DNA from: a virus
Lineage: Duplodnaviria; Heunggongvirae; Uroviricota; Caudoviricetes
Direction: 5' to 3' (one strand)
IMG/VR virus record: IMGVR_UViG_3300008110_000029
Length of the DNA: 64,000 nt
Part shown: in pieces, positions 17,668 through 26,565 of the stretch
Layout: each line of letters begins with the position of its first letter
How positions within the stretch are numbered: the stretch's first letter is position 1
Notes under the pieces: generated by a model
Databases searched by the model: none
The model's input: the letters and a program-made list of their open reading frames with translations, nothing else
What the model was told of the DNA's origin: nothing
Translations under genes and position numbers: made by a program

Positions 17668-17748
17668 ATAAAAACGCAATTAGCACCCAATGGGCTAATT
17701 GTAACGAGCTCAGTGCTCATTAAATTCTTACTTTTTAAGGAGAAAAAT

Positions 17749-19662
17749 ATGTCAAAAATCATCGGTATCGATTTGGGTACCACAAACTCATGTGTAGCTG
17801 TTATTGAAAACGGCAAATCCAAAGTAATTGAAAACTCAGAAGGCGCAAGAACAACTCCGAGTATTGTTGCTTATACAGACAGCGATATTTTAGTAGGTGC
17901 TTCAGCAAAGCGTCAGGCGGTAACTAATCCCAAAAACACAATTTATGCATCTAAGCGGTTAATTGGACGTAAGTTCAATGAACAGGCTGTTCAGAAGGAC
18001 ATTGACCTAATGCCTTATGAAATTGTCAAGGCAACAAATGGTGATGCTTGGATTCGCGCACAAGGAAAAGAAATGGCACCTCCACAGGTGTCTGCAGAAG
18101 TTCTTCGCAAGATGAAAAAGACTGCAGAGGACTATTTAGGGCATGAAGTTACACAGGCTGTTATTACAGTGCCTGCTTACTTCAATGATAGTCAAAGACA
18201 GGCAACTAAAGATGCCGGTCAAATCGCTGGCTTAGAAGTTCTACGTATTATTAACGAACCTACTGCGGCTGCATTAAGCTACGGTGTTGACAAGACAGAC
18301 AAAGCTGATCGTAAGATTGCGGTGTATGACTTAGGTGGTGGCACATTTGATATCAGTATCATTGAGATTGCCAACGTCGAAGGCGACAAACAAATTGAAG
18401 TATTGTCAACAAACGGCGATACATTCTTAGGCGGTGAAGACTTTGACCAGCGCATTATGGATTATCTGGTTGAGGAATTTAAGAAAGAGCAAGGCATTGA
18501 TCTAACTAAAGATATGTTGGCACTACAACGTCTTAAGGACTCTGCTGAAAAAGCTAAGATTGAATTATCTAATTCTACACAAACTGAAGTTAATCTTCCA
18601 TACATTACTGCCGATGCTAGTGGTCCTAAACATCTAGTGGTAAAAATTACCAAGGCAAAATTGGAACAGTTAGTTGACGATTTAATTCAACGTTCATTAG
18701 AACCTTGTCGTATTGCTATGAAAGATGCCGGAGTTACCGCAGATCAGATCGACGAAGTTATTCTAGTTGGCGGCCAAACTCGCATGCCAAAGGTACAAGA
18801 AGAAGTAGAACGTTTATTTGGAAAAGCGCCACGTAAAGATGTTAACCCAGACGAAGCAGTAGCAGTTGGTGCTGCTATCCAAGGTGCTGTGTTGGGTGGT
18901 GATCGTAAAGATGTCCTATTGTTAGATGTTACTCCATTAACTTTGGGTATTGAAACAGTAGGCGGTGTAATGGCCAAACTGGTTGCTAAGAATACTACTA
19001 TTCCAACTAAGGCAAATCAAATTTTCAGTACAGCTGATGACAATCAACCTGCTGTTACTATTCGTGTGTTCCAAGGAGAACGCGAATTGGCACATCATAA
19101 CAAATTGTTAGGCGAATTTAATCTTGAAGGTATTGATCCAGCACCACGTGGTATGCCTCAAATTGAAGTTACATTTGATATTGATGCTAATGGTATTTTA
19201 AGCGTAAGTGCCAAAGACAAAAATACTGGTAAAGAAAATAAAATTACCATTAAAGCTAATAGCGGCATTACTGAAGATGAAATCAAACGTATGATCGCTG
19301 AAGCAGAACAATATGCAGAAGAAGATAAAAAAGCACGTGAAGTTATTGAAACACGTAATGGTGCATTATCTGAACTGTATACAATTCGCAGAGAATTAGA
19401 AGCAGAAAAAGATCTTGCTACAGAAGAAGAATGGAAAATAATTGAAGATGCACTAGAGGCTGCTGAAAAATTAGTCAATGATAATAGTGACATTGAAGAA
19501 ATTAAGAAAGGTCCTTTCAATGTAGCCGATGCTGCAAAACCTTTGTTTGAAAAAATTAAAGCCAAACGCGAAGCTGCCAAAGCAGAACAATCTGCACCGC
19601 AGCCAACTGATGGTGAAGTGATCGATGCTTCCTTTACAGCAACTGAAGGCAAGGCATCTTAA
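17749..19662 (+). CDS. dnaK: Molecular chaperone DnaK (Hsp70)
   Basis: 638 aa. '[15 protein letters not shown]', '[11 protein letters not shown]', '[11 protein letters not shown]' and the substrate-binding domain are all present. RBS AAGGAG at -8. The start was taken at the internal ATG (17749), not the track's 17713. Confidence 0.95.
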   Translation: MSKIIGIDLGTTNSCVAVIENGKSKVIENSEGARTTPSIVAYTDSDILVGASAKRQAVTNPKNTIYASKRLIGRKFNEQAVQKDIDLMPYEIVKATNGDAWIRAQGKEMAPPQVSAEVLRKMKKTAEDYLGHEVTQAVITVPAYFNDSQRQATKDAGQIAGLEVLRIINEPTAAALSYGVDKTDKADRKIAVYDLGGGTFDISIIEIANVEGDKQIEVLSTNGDTFLGGEDFDQRIMDYLVEEFKKEQGIDLTKDMLALQRLKDSAEKAKIELSNSTQTEVNLPYITADASGPKHLVVKITKAKLEQLVDDLIQRSLEPCRIAMKDAGVTADQIDEVILVGGQTRMPKVQEEVERLFGKAPRKDVNPDEAVAVGAAIQGAVLGGDRKDVLLLDVTPLTLGIETVGGVMAKLVAKNTTIPTKANQIFSTADDNQPAVTIRVFQGERELAHHNKLLGEFNLEGIDPAPRGMPQIEVTFDIDANGILSVSAKDKNTGKENKITIKANSGITEDEIKRMIAEAEQYAEEDKKAREVIETRNGALSELYTIRRELEAEKDLATEEEWKIIEDALEAAEKLVNDNSDIEEIKKGPFNVADAAKPLFEKIKAKREAAKAEQSAPQPTDGEVIDASFTATEGKAS

Positions 19663-19753
19663 GAATACACATATGTGTGTATAATGTTGCGGTACCTAAT
19701 GGGCCGCAACATTGAGCATAAAGCTCATATTCTTACTTTAAAAGGAGATTAAT

Positions 19754-20191
19754 ATGAATAATAATCAGTTAGCACAAATTACAGCTCTTAACAGAGCTCT
19801 TATTGGATTTGACACACTGTTTGATCAAATGGAAAGACGTTTTTCTAATAGTGTATCTAATAACTATCCACCTCACAACATTCTTAAAACTGGTGAAAAT
19901 CAGTATGAGATTCAATTAGCAGTTACTGGATTTGATAAAACAGAAATTTCTGTTACTGTAGAGGACGGAATTCTTATTGTTAAAGGTGAAAGCATGGCTA
20001 CAGATCATGCGCCAGAACAATACATTCATCGCGGTCTTGCTACTCGCGATTTTGTTAAAGAATTTCCTCTAGCAGAACATATTGAAGTTACTGGAGCGGA
20101 AACCAAAAATGGTATGTTAACCATTAAGTTGGTCCGTAATGTTCCAGAGTCTGCGAAACCGAAAGTCATTGACATTGTAGACATTAAGTAA
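19754..20191 (+). CDS. Small heat-shock protein (Hsp20/alpha-crystallin, IbpA-like)
   Basis: 145 aa. 'PPHNILKTGENQYEIQLAVTGFDKTEISVTVEDGILIVKGE' is the alpha-crystallin domain pattern. RBS AAAGGAG. Confidence 0.8.
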   Translation: MNNNQLAQITALNRALIGFDTLFDQMERRFSNSVSNNYPPHNILKTGENQYEIQLAVTGFDKTEISVTVEDGILIVKGESMATDHAPEQYIHRGLATRDFVKEFPLAEHIEVTGAETKNGMLTIKLVRNVPESAKPKVIDIVDIK

Positions 20192-20195
20192 TATA

Positions 20196-20226
20196 ATTAA
20201 GGGGAAGGAAACTTCCCCTTAATTAA
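20196..20226 (+). terminator. Perfect hairpin TTAAGGGGAAG-GAAA-CTTCCCCTTAA after the hsp20 gene (terminator-like, no T-run)
   Basis: 11-bp perfect stem with a GAAA tetraloop. Confidence 0.4.
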
Positions 20227-20240
20227 CCTACAGAGGAAAT

Positions 20241-20549
20241 ATGGCAGACGTAGAAACTAAAATCAAAGAAGTAACAAAGACAGTTGAAACTCAACCACCC
20301 AATCATTGGAAGGTAGTATTCTTAAACGATGATTATACTCCCATGGAATTTGTTGTTGCTCTTTTGGTTACTATTTTTAGGCACAGTGAACAATCTGCCG
20401 AGCAGATCACAATAGAAATACACAACACGGGCAGTGCTGTTGTTGGTTTATACACACACGAAATTGCAGAACAAAAGTCTATTGATGCAACAACCGTTTG
20501 CAGACAACACGGTCATCCTTTACAAATTACAATCGAAGAAGACAAATAA
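20241..20549 (+). CDS. clpS: ATP-dependent Clp protease adaptor ClpS
   Basis: 102 aa. 'WKVVFLNDDYTPMEFVVALLVTIFRHSEQSAEQITIEIHNTGSAVVG' matches the ClpS core. Confidence 0.82.
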   Translation: MADVETKIKEVTKTVETQPPNHWKVVFLNDDYTPMEFVVALLVTIFRHSEQSAEQITIEIHNTGSAVVGLYTHEIAEQKSIDATTVCRQHGHPLQITIEEDK

Positions 20550-20807
20550 ATGACAGCCGACGAGTTTAAGTTCATACGATATATGAACGCTGAAACTAGT
20601 CGGTTTTCTTTTTGGATAATTTTTCACGACCTTAGAAGATATAATTTGGGTAAAAAAGGAAGAAAGAATTTTATAAGCTTCTTTACAGAAATTCTAGGGC
20701 CAGTAGGTGAGCGTTGGCAATATGAAAAAACAATTCATACATTTTGTATAAAATTAGATAAAGAAATAGATGCCACAATGATGATACTGAGATACGGGCC
20801 TAAGTAA
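20550..20807 (+). CDS. Small protein, distal member of the 'LKW' paralog family (see array at 33.1-35.8 kb)
   Basis: C-terminal '...KEIDATMMILRYGPK' parallels '...ENDRDATMFMLRWGY' of ORF 33089..33391. Confidence 0.4.
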   Translation: MTADEFKFIRYMNAETSRFSFWIIFHDLRRYNLGKKGRKNFISFFTEILGPVGERWQYEKTIHTFCIKLDKEIDATMMILRYGPK

Positions 20808-20817
20808 ATAAAAAACT

Positions 20818-21384
20818 ATGAGTTTAAAAGAAATTACCAAAGATCTTCATCACGAAGCAGAAACAACCCAATTTGCTAAGATGTTACTTAGCGGAAAAAT
20901 TACTAAAGAAGATTATGCCAACTACCTTTATCAGTTAGTATTAATTTATAATGCTATAGAGTTAGGTAATCGAGTAGAAGGCAATTTTAAAAATCTTCCT
21001 GGTTTAGAAAGAACACACGCAATCTATCAAGACTTTATTGAGATCGCAGGTGTTGATCACAATTACAAATGGTTACCTGGAACTATAGACTATTACAACT
21101 ATCTCTTAAATTTAGTTCGTGATCCTGCGCATCGTCCTAAAATCAAAGCTCATCTATATTGTCGACATATGGGAGATCTGTATGGTGGTCAAATAATTAA
21201 AAAACAAGTAGCACATATTAGCAAAGGTCGTTTTTATGATTTTAAAGATGCAGATGCATTAAAAATGTCCATACGTGCAGAACTAACTGATGACCTAGGA
21301 GACGAAGCAAGAGTTGCGTTTGAATGGGCCATTAAAATGATGAGAGAATTGTATAATGAGTCAGGTCTGGAACAGTCTAATTGA
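20818..21384 (+). CDS. Heme oxygenase
   Basis: 188 aa. 'LKEITKDLHHEAETTQFAKMLLSGKITKEDYANYLYQLVLIYNAIE' matches the HO N-terminal proximal-His helix region. Confidence 0.72.
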   Translation: MSLKEITKDLHHEAETTQFAKMLLSGKITKEDYANYLYQLVLIYNAIELGNRVEGNFKNLPGLERTHAIYQDFIEIAGVDHNYKWLPGTIDYYNYLLNLVRDPAHRPKIKAHLYCRHMGDLYGGQIIKKQVAHISKGRFYDFKDADALKMSIRAELTDDLGDEARVAFEWAIKMMRELYNESGLEQSN

Positions 21385-22036
21385 AATACAAAAACTGTTA
21401 GAAAAAAGATTTTCAGAGACAGGCATTGAAACTTTTGAGCCCGGAATGGAAAGATTTAATCAACCGGGTTGGGTAAATAGAGTTTGGTGCAGCGATCATT
21501 ATCGCAGAGCTCATGTCGACGTAGTTGACGCCCGATCCTCAAAGGGCCTTTGGATGATGCATTGCTGCATCTTTCCTCACATACACAATCCTGCTCCTAT
21601 TTTTGGATTTGATGTAATTGCAGGAAAAAATAAAATCACAGGTTGTTTTATAGACTACAGCCCAACAGCTGATAAACAGCATCCTATGATCGAATATTTT
21701 GCTGAAGAAGTCAGTAGATACGAATGGATCCGCAAACGTGAACTACCTGAATGGGCGCAACGTATATTCAGTTCACACATGGTGGCCGCTGGCAATGTGC
21801 AAGAAGAATCAGAATTATCTCAAATTAGCGGTCTAGCGAACATTCTAGTAAATCATTATTTAGAAACAGTAGGCGAAACAAATCACAAAGTTGCAGATAC
21901 AACGTTTGAGCAAAATTATTACGCACAGAATCAAAAACAAAATCCGCACACCCCTAGAGTTATGGTTAGTTTGGGGCTTAGTGAAGAAGATGTTAAGCAT
22001 TTTATTCAAGATTGTTTATTTCCAGAAATAAACTAA
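21356..22036 (+). CDS. Ferredoxin-dependent bilin reductase (PcyA/PebS/PcyX family)
   Basis: 226 aa. 'RRAHVDVVDARSS...LWMMHCCIFPHIHNPAPIFGFDVIAGKNKITGCFIDYSPT' matches the FDBR core 'RRAHLDIVDA...HCVIFP...P.FG.D...G..D.SP'. It overlaps the 3' end of the heme oxygenase gene. Confidence 0.75.
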   Translation: MSQVWNSLIEIQKLLEKRFSETGIETFEPGMERFNQPGWVNRVWCSDHYRRAHVDVVDARSSKGLWMMHCCIFPHIHNPAPIFGFDVIAGKNKITGCFIDYSPTADKQHPMIEYFAEEVSRYEWIRKRELPEWAQRIFSSHMVAAGNVQEESELSQISGLANILVNHYLETVGETNHKVADTTFEQNYYAQNQKQNPHTPRVMVSLGLSEEDVKHFIQDCLFPEIN

Positions 22037-22043
22037 ATATTCA

Positions 22044-22262
22044 ATGCGTTTTACAGAAATAGAATCAAAACCACAGCTTATCAAACTTCACTACTTTCAA
22101 GTAGATGACACGCAGGCCGCTCGGGATATTGGTATGCGTCAAGATCGTAATGGCCAATGGTTTCTTCCACAATACAATAAAAGTGGTGGCGGATTTGATC
22201 GTAAAGTGTCATCGGCTATGAGGTTATTTGGTACACCTCGTACAATTACATTAAAAAATTAA
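22044..22262 (+). CDS. Hypothetical protein (72 aa)
   Basis: ORF only. Confidence 0.3.
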   Translation: MRFTEIESKPQLIKLHYFQVDDTQAARDIGMRQDRNGQWFLPQYNKSGGGFDRKVSSAMRLFGTPRTITLKN

Positions 22263-22351
22263 ATTTAATTAAGACACCATAATCTAGTGTTTTAATATCT
22301 CTCCTCTTCTCCTTAAATAATAATAACCCAATATCCCGGGAGCGAGAAAAA

Positions 22352-23182
22352 ATGAAAAAAATAATAATAACGGGCGTATTGCTGGGATCTTTAACCACCC
22401 CTGCATTTTCGCAAACAACGTATGATAGTAAAAGTTTAGTAGATACCAATAATAACTCAACAAGTACTAGCACGGTTAACAGCACCAGTACCAACACTAA
22501 TAATAATATAAACACCAGTACAGTTAACAGTAATAGTGTCAATACCAATGTAAACCAAAATACCAGTACTAGTACGAGTGTTAATACCAACAACAATATT
22601 AATACCGGTCATACAACCAGTGCTAACACTAATACAAATAATAATACTAATGTAAACACTAGTACCAGTACAGCAACCAGTACCAATCAAAACAATAATG
22701 TAAATCAAAATATCAACAGTGGTGATATGACCAATCGTAATATTAATGACAGTAATATTACACAAAAAGTAATTCAACCTCCACCAACTGCCATTGCACC
22801 TGCAATGATGAGCGGTGGCAATAATGATTTATGTACTACAGGAACCAGTGGTGCTGTTCAAACACAAATATTAGGTGTCAGTAGTGGTGGTACAGTAAGA
22901 GATATGAATTGCGAAAGATTAAAAAACGCCAAGACACTTTATGATATGGGAATGAAAGTTGCTGCGGTAGCTACAATGTGTCAGGATCGTAGAGTTTTTG
23001 ATGCTATGTGGAATGCTGGCACACCTTGTCCTTATGAAGGTGTGATTGGTGAACAGGCTCGTGTAGCATGGAATGAAAATCCTAACAAGTGGCCAAAAAC
23101 TGAGGAACCAAAGAGTGATGATTTCTATAAGAAAACTGGCTTCGGCGCTTTGCTTGGCGCTCTGCTTTTCGCACTATTCTAA
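22352..23182 (+). CDS. Secreted Asn/Thr/Ser-rich low-complexity protein with Cys-containing C-terminal domain and hydrophobic C-terminal tail
   Basis: Signal peptide 'MKKIIITGVLLGSLTTPAFS'. Roughly 110 aa of N/T/S repeats, then 'CTTGTSG...CERLKNAKTLYDMGMKVAAVATMCQDRRVFDAMWNAGTPCPYEG', ending 'GFGALLGALLFALF'. Confidence 0.5.
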   Translation: MKKIIITGVLLGSLTTPAFSQTTYDSKSLVDTNNNSTSTSTVNSTSTNTNNNINTSTVNSNSVNTNVNQNTSTSTSVNTNNNINTGHTTSANTNTNNNTNVNTSTSTATSTNQNNNVNQNINSGDMTNRNINDSNITQKVIQPPPTAIAPAMMSGGNNDLCTTGTSGAVQTQILGVSSGGTVRDMNCERLKNAKTLYDMGMKVAAVATMCQDRRVFDAMWNAGTPCPYEGVIGEQARVAWNENPNKWPKTEEPKSDDFYKKTGFGALLGALLFALF

Positions 23183-24953
23183 CGCTCAAGAACCTGGCGT
23201 TGAGTATACCACCGGCAACATAGTTCTTCCTACTGTTGCTGGTTCCGGAACGACTCCTTGGGTTGGGGGAGTGTATCAAGACAATCTCACCTGCTGGAGT
23301 TGGGGCAATCCAGGATATTGTGGACCAAACGCAATTGTTCGTCCGGGTGGAAGTATAAACTTCTCATTTGGTACGACAGACTTATATCAGAGCCAGGCCA
23401 TAGCAAATGTGTTACCTAATTCCGGTACTGGATTACAAGTTAACGGATATACTTTTAGTTTTATGGCTAAGAATGGTAATGGGTGGGACGATGGTCGCGT
23501 AGATTATCTAAACGCTTATGTGCATTTTAAAAACTCTAATGGTAGCGTAGTAGAGTATGATTCATATGATCTAAACTACAAATTTAATTGGACTAACTTT
23601 AATTTTTCAAGAAATTTTACAACACCATACTCTGCTAGTACATTAGGAAATGTTACTTATGGATTTGTTGGTCGTGATAATAATGGGTGGGCAGGACCTT
23701 ACGGTCCAGAAATTAATAATGTTAATTTTAGTCTAAGATATTCAGTTGATCAATGCGTGATAAATCCTCTTAGTAGTGTATCCTGTACTGGATATGCAGA
23801 AGCATTTAAAAATTATCAATGTTCAATAAATCCCTTATATGATAGTACATGTCCGGGTTACGCACAGGCTTATTATACACAACAATGTTCAATCAATGCT
23901 TTGTATGATCCCACTTGCCCTGGTTATGCGCAGGCTTATTATTCACAGCAGTGTTCAATAAATGCATTATACGATCCAGGATGTCCAGGTTACGCACAGG
24001 CTTTCTTTAATAATCAATGTTCGTTGAATGCACTTTATAATACACAATGCCCTGGTTATGCACAGGCAAAAGTTCTTAAAGATCTGCAGGATAAACAAAC
24101 CGAATCAACGGAAACTGCAACAACGACCAGTTCGCCAATCCCTACATCTTCAACCTCAACTGCACAAGCATCGTCACCAACAGTATCATTGGCCGATCCT
24201 ACTAGAACTGAAACACTTGTGACTACAGATGTGGGCGGAGTTGAATTAACTACCAGCGGTCAAATTAGCATACCCACTGGTCAAACTGCTTCTACTAAAG
24301 AAGCAATAAAAGAATCGACAAGAGAAGAAAATAAAACAGAATCCGCCAATAGAGAAACCGCCAATAGAGAATCTGACAGAAAACGTGTAGATCCTAGAGC
24401 TCTTGCTGTAGCCATGGCAGCAGTGGCAGCTACAGAACGTACAGCATTGGCTACATCAGAACAAGCAATAGTAATGAGTCAAGCTAGTATAGGTCCTAAT
24501 GACGGAACTAGTATAGCATTAGGTTCTGGATTAACTTTACAAAATAATAGATCTCAATCATTTAATGATGACAAGTTTGAAGATAAAAAGGATGAAGGCA
24601 AAAATAATACTGCACAAAAATCTTCCGGACCAACTGATAATATTAATTTACTGATAACACCAATTCAAACAGTTCCAGATACTAATCAAAAGGCAGGACC
24701 TAGTGTAAGAAGAGGTGGAGCAGTAGAAGGTATGGAGGGAGGACCAGATCCTACCACATTAGCAAAAGCACCGATGGATTTTAATCAATATCTTAATTCA
24801 CAATTAAAAGATGCACAGTTTTATCAAAGTAAAGAAATTTATCGAGGACAGCGAACTGTTGATAATCAAAGGTTGTTAAGAGGTTTGTCTGGAGGTAGTG
24901 ATGCACTACACCAAAGAATGATAGAACAACAATATAATATTTCAGGACAATAA
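23118..24953 (+). CDS. Secreted repeat protein with five tandem 22-aa Cys-Pro-Gly-Tyr-Ala-Gln-Ala repeats and Thr/Ser-rich linker
   Basis: The start was taken at the ATG giving signal peptide 'MISIRKLASALCLALCFSHYSNAQE'. Repeats 'CSINALYDPTCPGYAQAYYSQQ' x5, then 'TESTETATTTSSPIPTSSTSTAQASSPT'. Confidence 0.5.
   Translation: MISIRKLASALCLALCFSHYSNAQEPGVEYTTGNIVLPTVAGSGTTPWVGGVYQDNLTCWSWGNPGYCGPNAIVRPGGSINFSFGTTDLYQSQAIANVLPNSGTGLQVNGYTFSFMAKNGNGWDDGRVDYLNAYVHFKNSNGSVVEYDSYDLNYKFNWTNFNFSRNFTTPYSASTLGNVTYGFVGRDNNGWAGPYGPEINNVNFSLRYSVDQCVINPLSSVSCTGYAEAFKNYQCSINPLYDSTCPGYAQAYYTQQCSINALYDPTCPGYAQAYYSQQCSINALYDPGCPGYAQAFFNNQCSLNALYNTQCPGYAQAKVLKDLQDKQTESTETATTTSSPIPTSSTSTAQASSPTVSLADPTRTETLVTTDVGGVELTTSGQISIPTGQTASTKEAIKESTREENKTESANRETANRESDRKRVDPRALAVAMAAVAATERTALATSEQAIVMSQASIGPNDGTSIALGSGLTLQNNRSQSFNDDKFEDKKDEGKNNTAQKSSGPTDNINLLITPIQTVPDTNQKAGPSVRRGGAVEGMEGGPDPTTLAKAPMDFNQYLNSQLKDAQFYQSKEIYRGQRTVDNQRLLRGLSGGSDALHQRMIEQQYNISGQ
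23751..24080 (+). repeat. Five tandem 66-nt coding repeats (protein-level conservation, synonymous divergence)
   Basis: Unit boundaries at 23751, 23817, 23883, 23949 and 24015. Units begin CAATG(T/C)(G/T)... and encode C-x-(I/L)-N-x-L-Y-x-x-x-C-P/T-G-Y-A-Q/E-A. Confidence 0.8.
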
Positions 24954-25093
24954 AATGTTTGAAGCATTTATGATTTTTTATCTATTAGAAGTGTTAGTGC
25001 TAGTGTCAGTGGCCGTTTGGTATTATAAAGAACCTAAAAAGGTAGAAAAAAAATTACATGACCCTTGGGGTTTTTTTAGAGGAACAAAATAAA

Positions 25094-25711
25094 ATGAGCG
25101 AAGAAAAAGTAGACGTAAACAAAAAAATTGACGAAGCAGATGCAGCAATGAAAAAATATGCCAGCAAAGACACTGTTATCAGTATCGGCGGCTATGAATT
25201 TACTCCTGCTAAACTTATGGTAGCAGCTACGCTGATTTCATCAACACTGGGTGGGTTATATGGATGTTTTGAAGTGTACAAGGATTACATGGGCATGAAG
25301 AAAAAGATTGCCGAGTATGTCACACCCGACTTAACTGAAATCTATAAGAAGATGGAAGTGTTAGATGCCAACACCAGCAAGATGGTCGAATACACTGACA
25401 ACATCAAGATTGATTTAAAGAATGATGTCCGTAGACTAGAAAATGTAGTTGAAAATGTTGAACGTAGTTCTAAACAAACTGCAAGAGATACTGACCAAAC
25501 GGTCAAGGAGATAAAGAGAGATGTTGACGGTACTCTTAAAGAAGTTAGAAGATATAGCGATCAGACTGTTAAAGAAATTAATCAAGAAATAGCTCGTAAT
25601 AATCAAGAGATGGCTAGAAATCAAAAAGAAACGCAAGCTGAAATACGTGCGTTAAGAAAAGAAGTAGATGACAAAATTAAGAAAGCATTGGACAATCCAT
25701 TGTCTCAATAA
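25094..25711 (+). CDS. Single-pass membrane coiled-coil protein, paralog A
   Basis: 'DTVISIGGYEFTPAKLMVAATLISSTLGGLYGCFEVYKDYMGMKKKIAEYVTPDL' is followed by coiled-coil 'RRLENVVENVERSSKQ'. Start at the internal ATG with RBS. Confidence 0.5.
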   Translation: MSEEKVDVNKKIDEADAAMKKYASKDTVISIGGYEFTPAKLMVAATLISSTLGGLYGCFEVYKDYMGMKKKIAEYVTPDLTEIYKKMEVLDANTSKMVEYTDNIKIDLKNDVRRLENVVENVERSSKQTARDTDQTVKEIKRDVDGTLKEVRRYSDQTVKEINQEIARNNQEMARNQKETQAEIRALRKEVDDKIKKALDNPLSQ

Positions 25712-25723
25712 GGAGAGGAGCAA

Positions 25724-26188
25724 GTGGCAGAAGATAAAGATCTAAACAAAGCAGTAGATAAATTACAGGAGATTACCAGCAAGGACACAGTAATAAGCAT
25801 AGGTGGGTATAGTTTTACTCCGGCCAAACTTATGATTGCCGCGGGTATTATATCATCTGTAATTGGAGGACTCTATGGAGCATTTGAAGTATATAAGGGC
25901 TATATAGATATGAAGGAAAAAATAGCCAAATATGTAGCACCAGATTTAAGCGAGTTTGACAAGCGTCTGTCAGTAATTGAAGAAAACAGTCAAAAAACCA
26001 CAGACTACACACGTGATATTAAAAATGATTTAAAGCAGGATTTGCGTAAACTTGAACAAGTCGTAGAGACAGTAGAACGTAGTTCTAAACAACAACAGAG
26101 AGAAGTTGATCAGGATATTAGGCAGTTGCGCAAAGAAGTAGACACTAAGATACAGAAAGCCATGGATAACCCGTTAGCCAATAAATAA
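25724..26188 (+). CDS. Single-pass membrane coiled-coil protein, paralog B (tandem duplicate of 25094..25711)
   Basis: 'DTVISIGGYSFTPAKLMIAAGIISSVIGGLYGAFEVYKGYIDMKEKIAKYVAPDL...RKLEQVVETVERSSKQ' is about 60% identical to paralog A. RBS AAGGAGAGGAG. Confidence 0.5.
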   Translation: MAEDKDLNKAVDKLQEITSKDTVISIGGYSFTPAKLMIAAGIISSVIGGLYGAFEVYKGYIDMKEKIAKYVAPDLSEFDKRLSVIEENSQKTTDYTRDIKNDLKQDLRKLEQVVETVERSSKQQQREVDQDIRQLRKEVDTKIQKAMDNPLANK

Positions 26189-26210
26189 CTATATATTCAG
26201 GAGCTAAATT

Positions 26211-26543
26211 ATGAAGCCGTTACTAGATATACTAAGATTGTCGCTAGTAGCGGCTTTCTTTTCACCGTTATTTGCTCAAGCAGAAGTAGTCTATCCAACA
26301 AAACTAGTATGTGTTACTGAACAGGAATTAACCCCTGTTTTAACAAAATATCAAGAACAACCCGTACTAAAGTTTTCCTCTATGCGAGTTATAGGAAATA
26401 GTCAGGGTTATTTGCAATCAGTCCTGTATATGAATCCTACTACTAAAACATGGACATTGGTTGAACAATGGGATGAAAATTTATACTGTATTGTTTCCAT
26501 AGGAGTCGATGCCGAGCCAGCGATATCGGGCGATAAAATATGA
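26211..26543 (+). CDS. Small secreted protein (110 aa)
   Basis: Signal peptide 'MKPLLDILRLSLVAAFFSPLFAQA'. Confidence 0.4.
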   Translation: MKPLLDILRLSLVAAFFSPLFAQAEVVYPTKLVCVTEQELTPVLTKYQEQPVLKFSSMRVIGNSQGYLQSVLYMNPTTKTWTLVEQWDENLYCIVSIGVDAEPAISGDKI

Positions 26544-26565
26544 ATCAATTCCTTATAGGTGTTCA

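Noticed and set aside
17678-17730. Inverted repeat AATTAGCACCCA/TGGGCTAATT upstream of dnaK, considered as a CIRCE heat-shock operator.
   Set aside because: CIRCE is TTAGCACTC-N9-GAGTGCTAA. Only the TTAGCAC half-site matches and the repeat is imperfect with the wrong spacing. More likely a terminator-like hairpin after guaC.
19158-19652. 164-aa minus-strand ORF (and several other antisense ORFs: 18462..18653, 18744..18977, 5563..5913, 4935..5132, 56078..56326).
   Set aside because: They are fully embedded antisense to high-confidence genes (dnaK and others). They have low-complexity Ser/Ala composition typical of shadow ORFs and no RBS.
22246-22777. Minus-strand ORFs 22246..22596 and 22457..22777 with Leu/Val- or Ile-rich low-complexity translations.
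   Set aside because: They are mirror-frame artefacts of the Asn/Thr-repeat coding region on the plus strand.
23751-24080. Regular 66-nt tandem repeats, checked as a possible CRISPR array.
   Set aside because: The repeats are contiguous with no spacers, lie in-frame inside a long ORF and vary at synonymous positions. They are coding repeats, not CRISPR.
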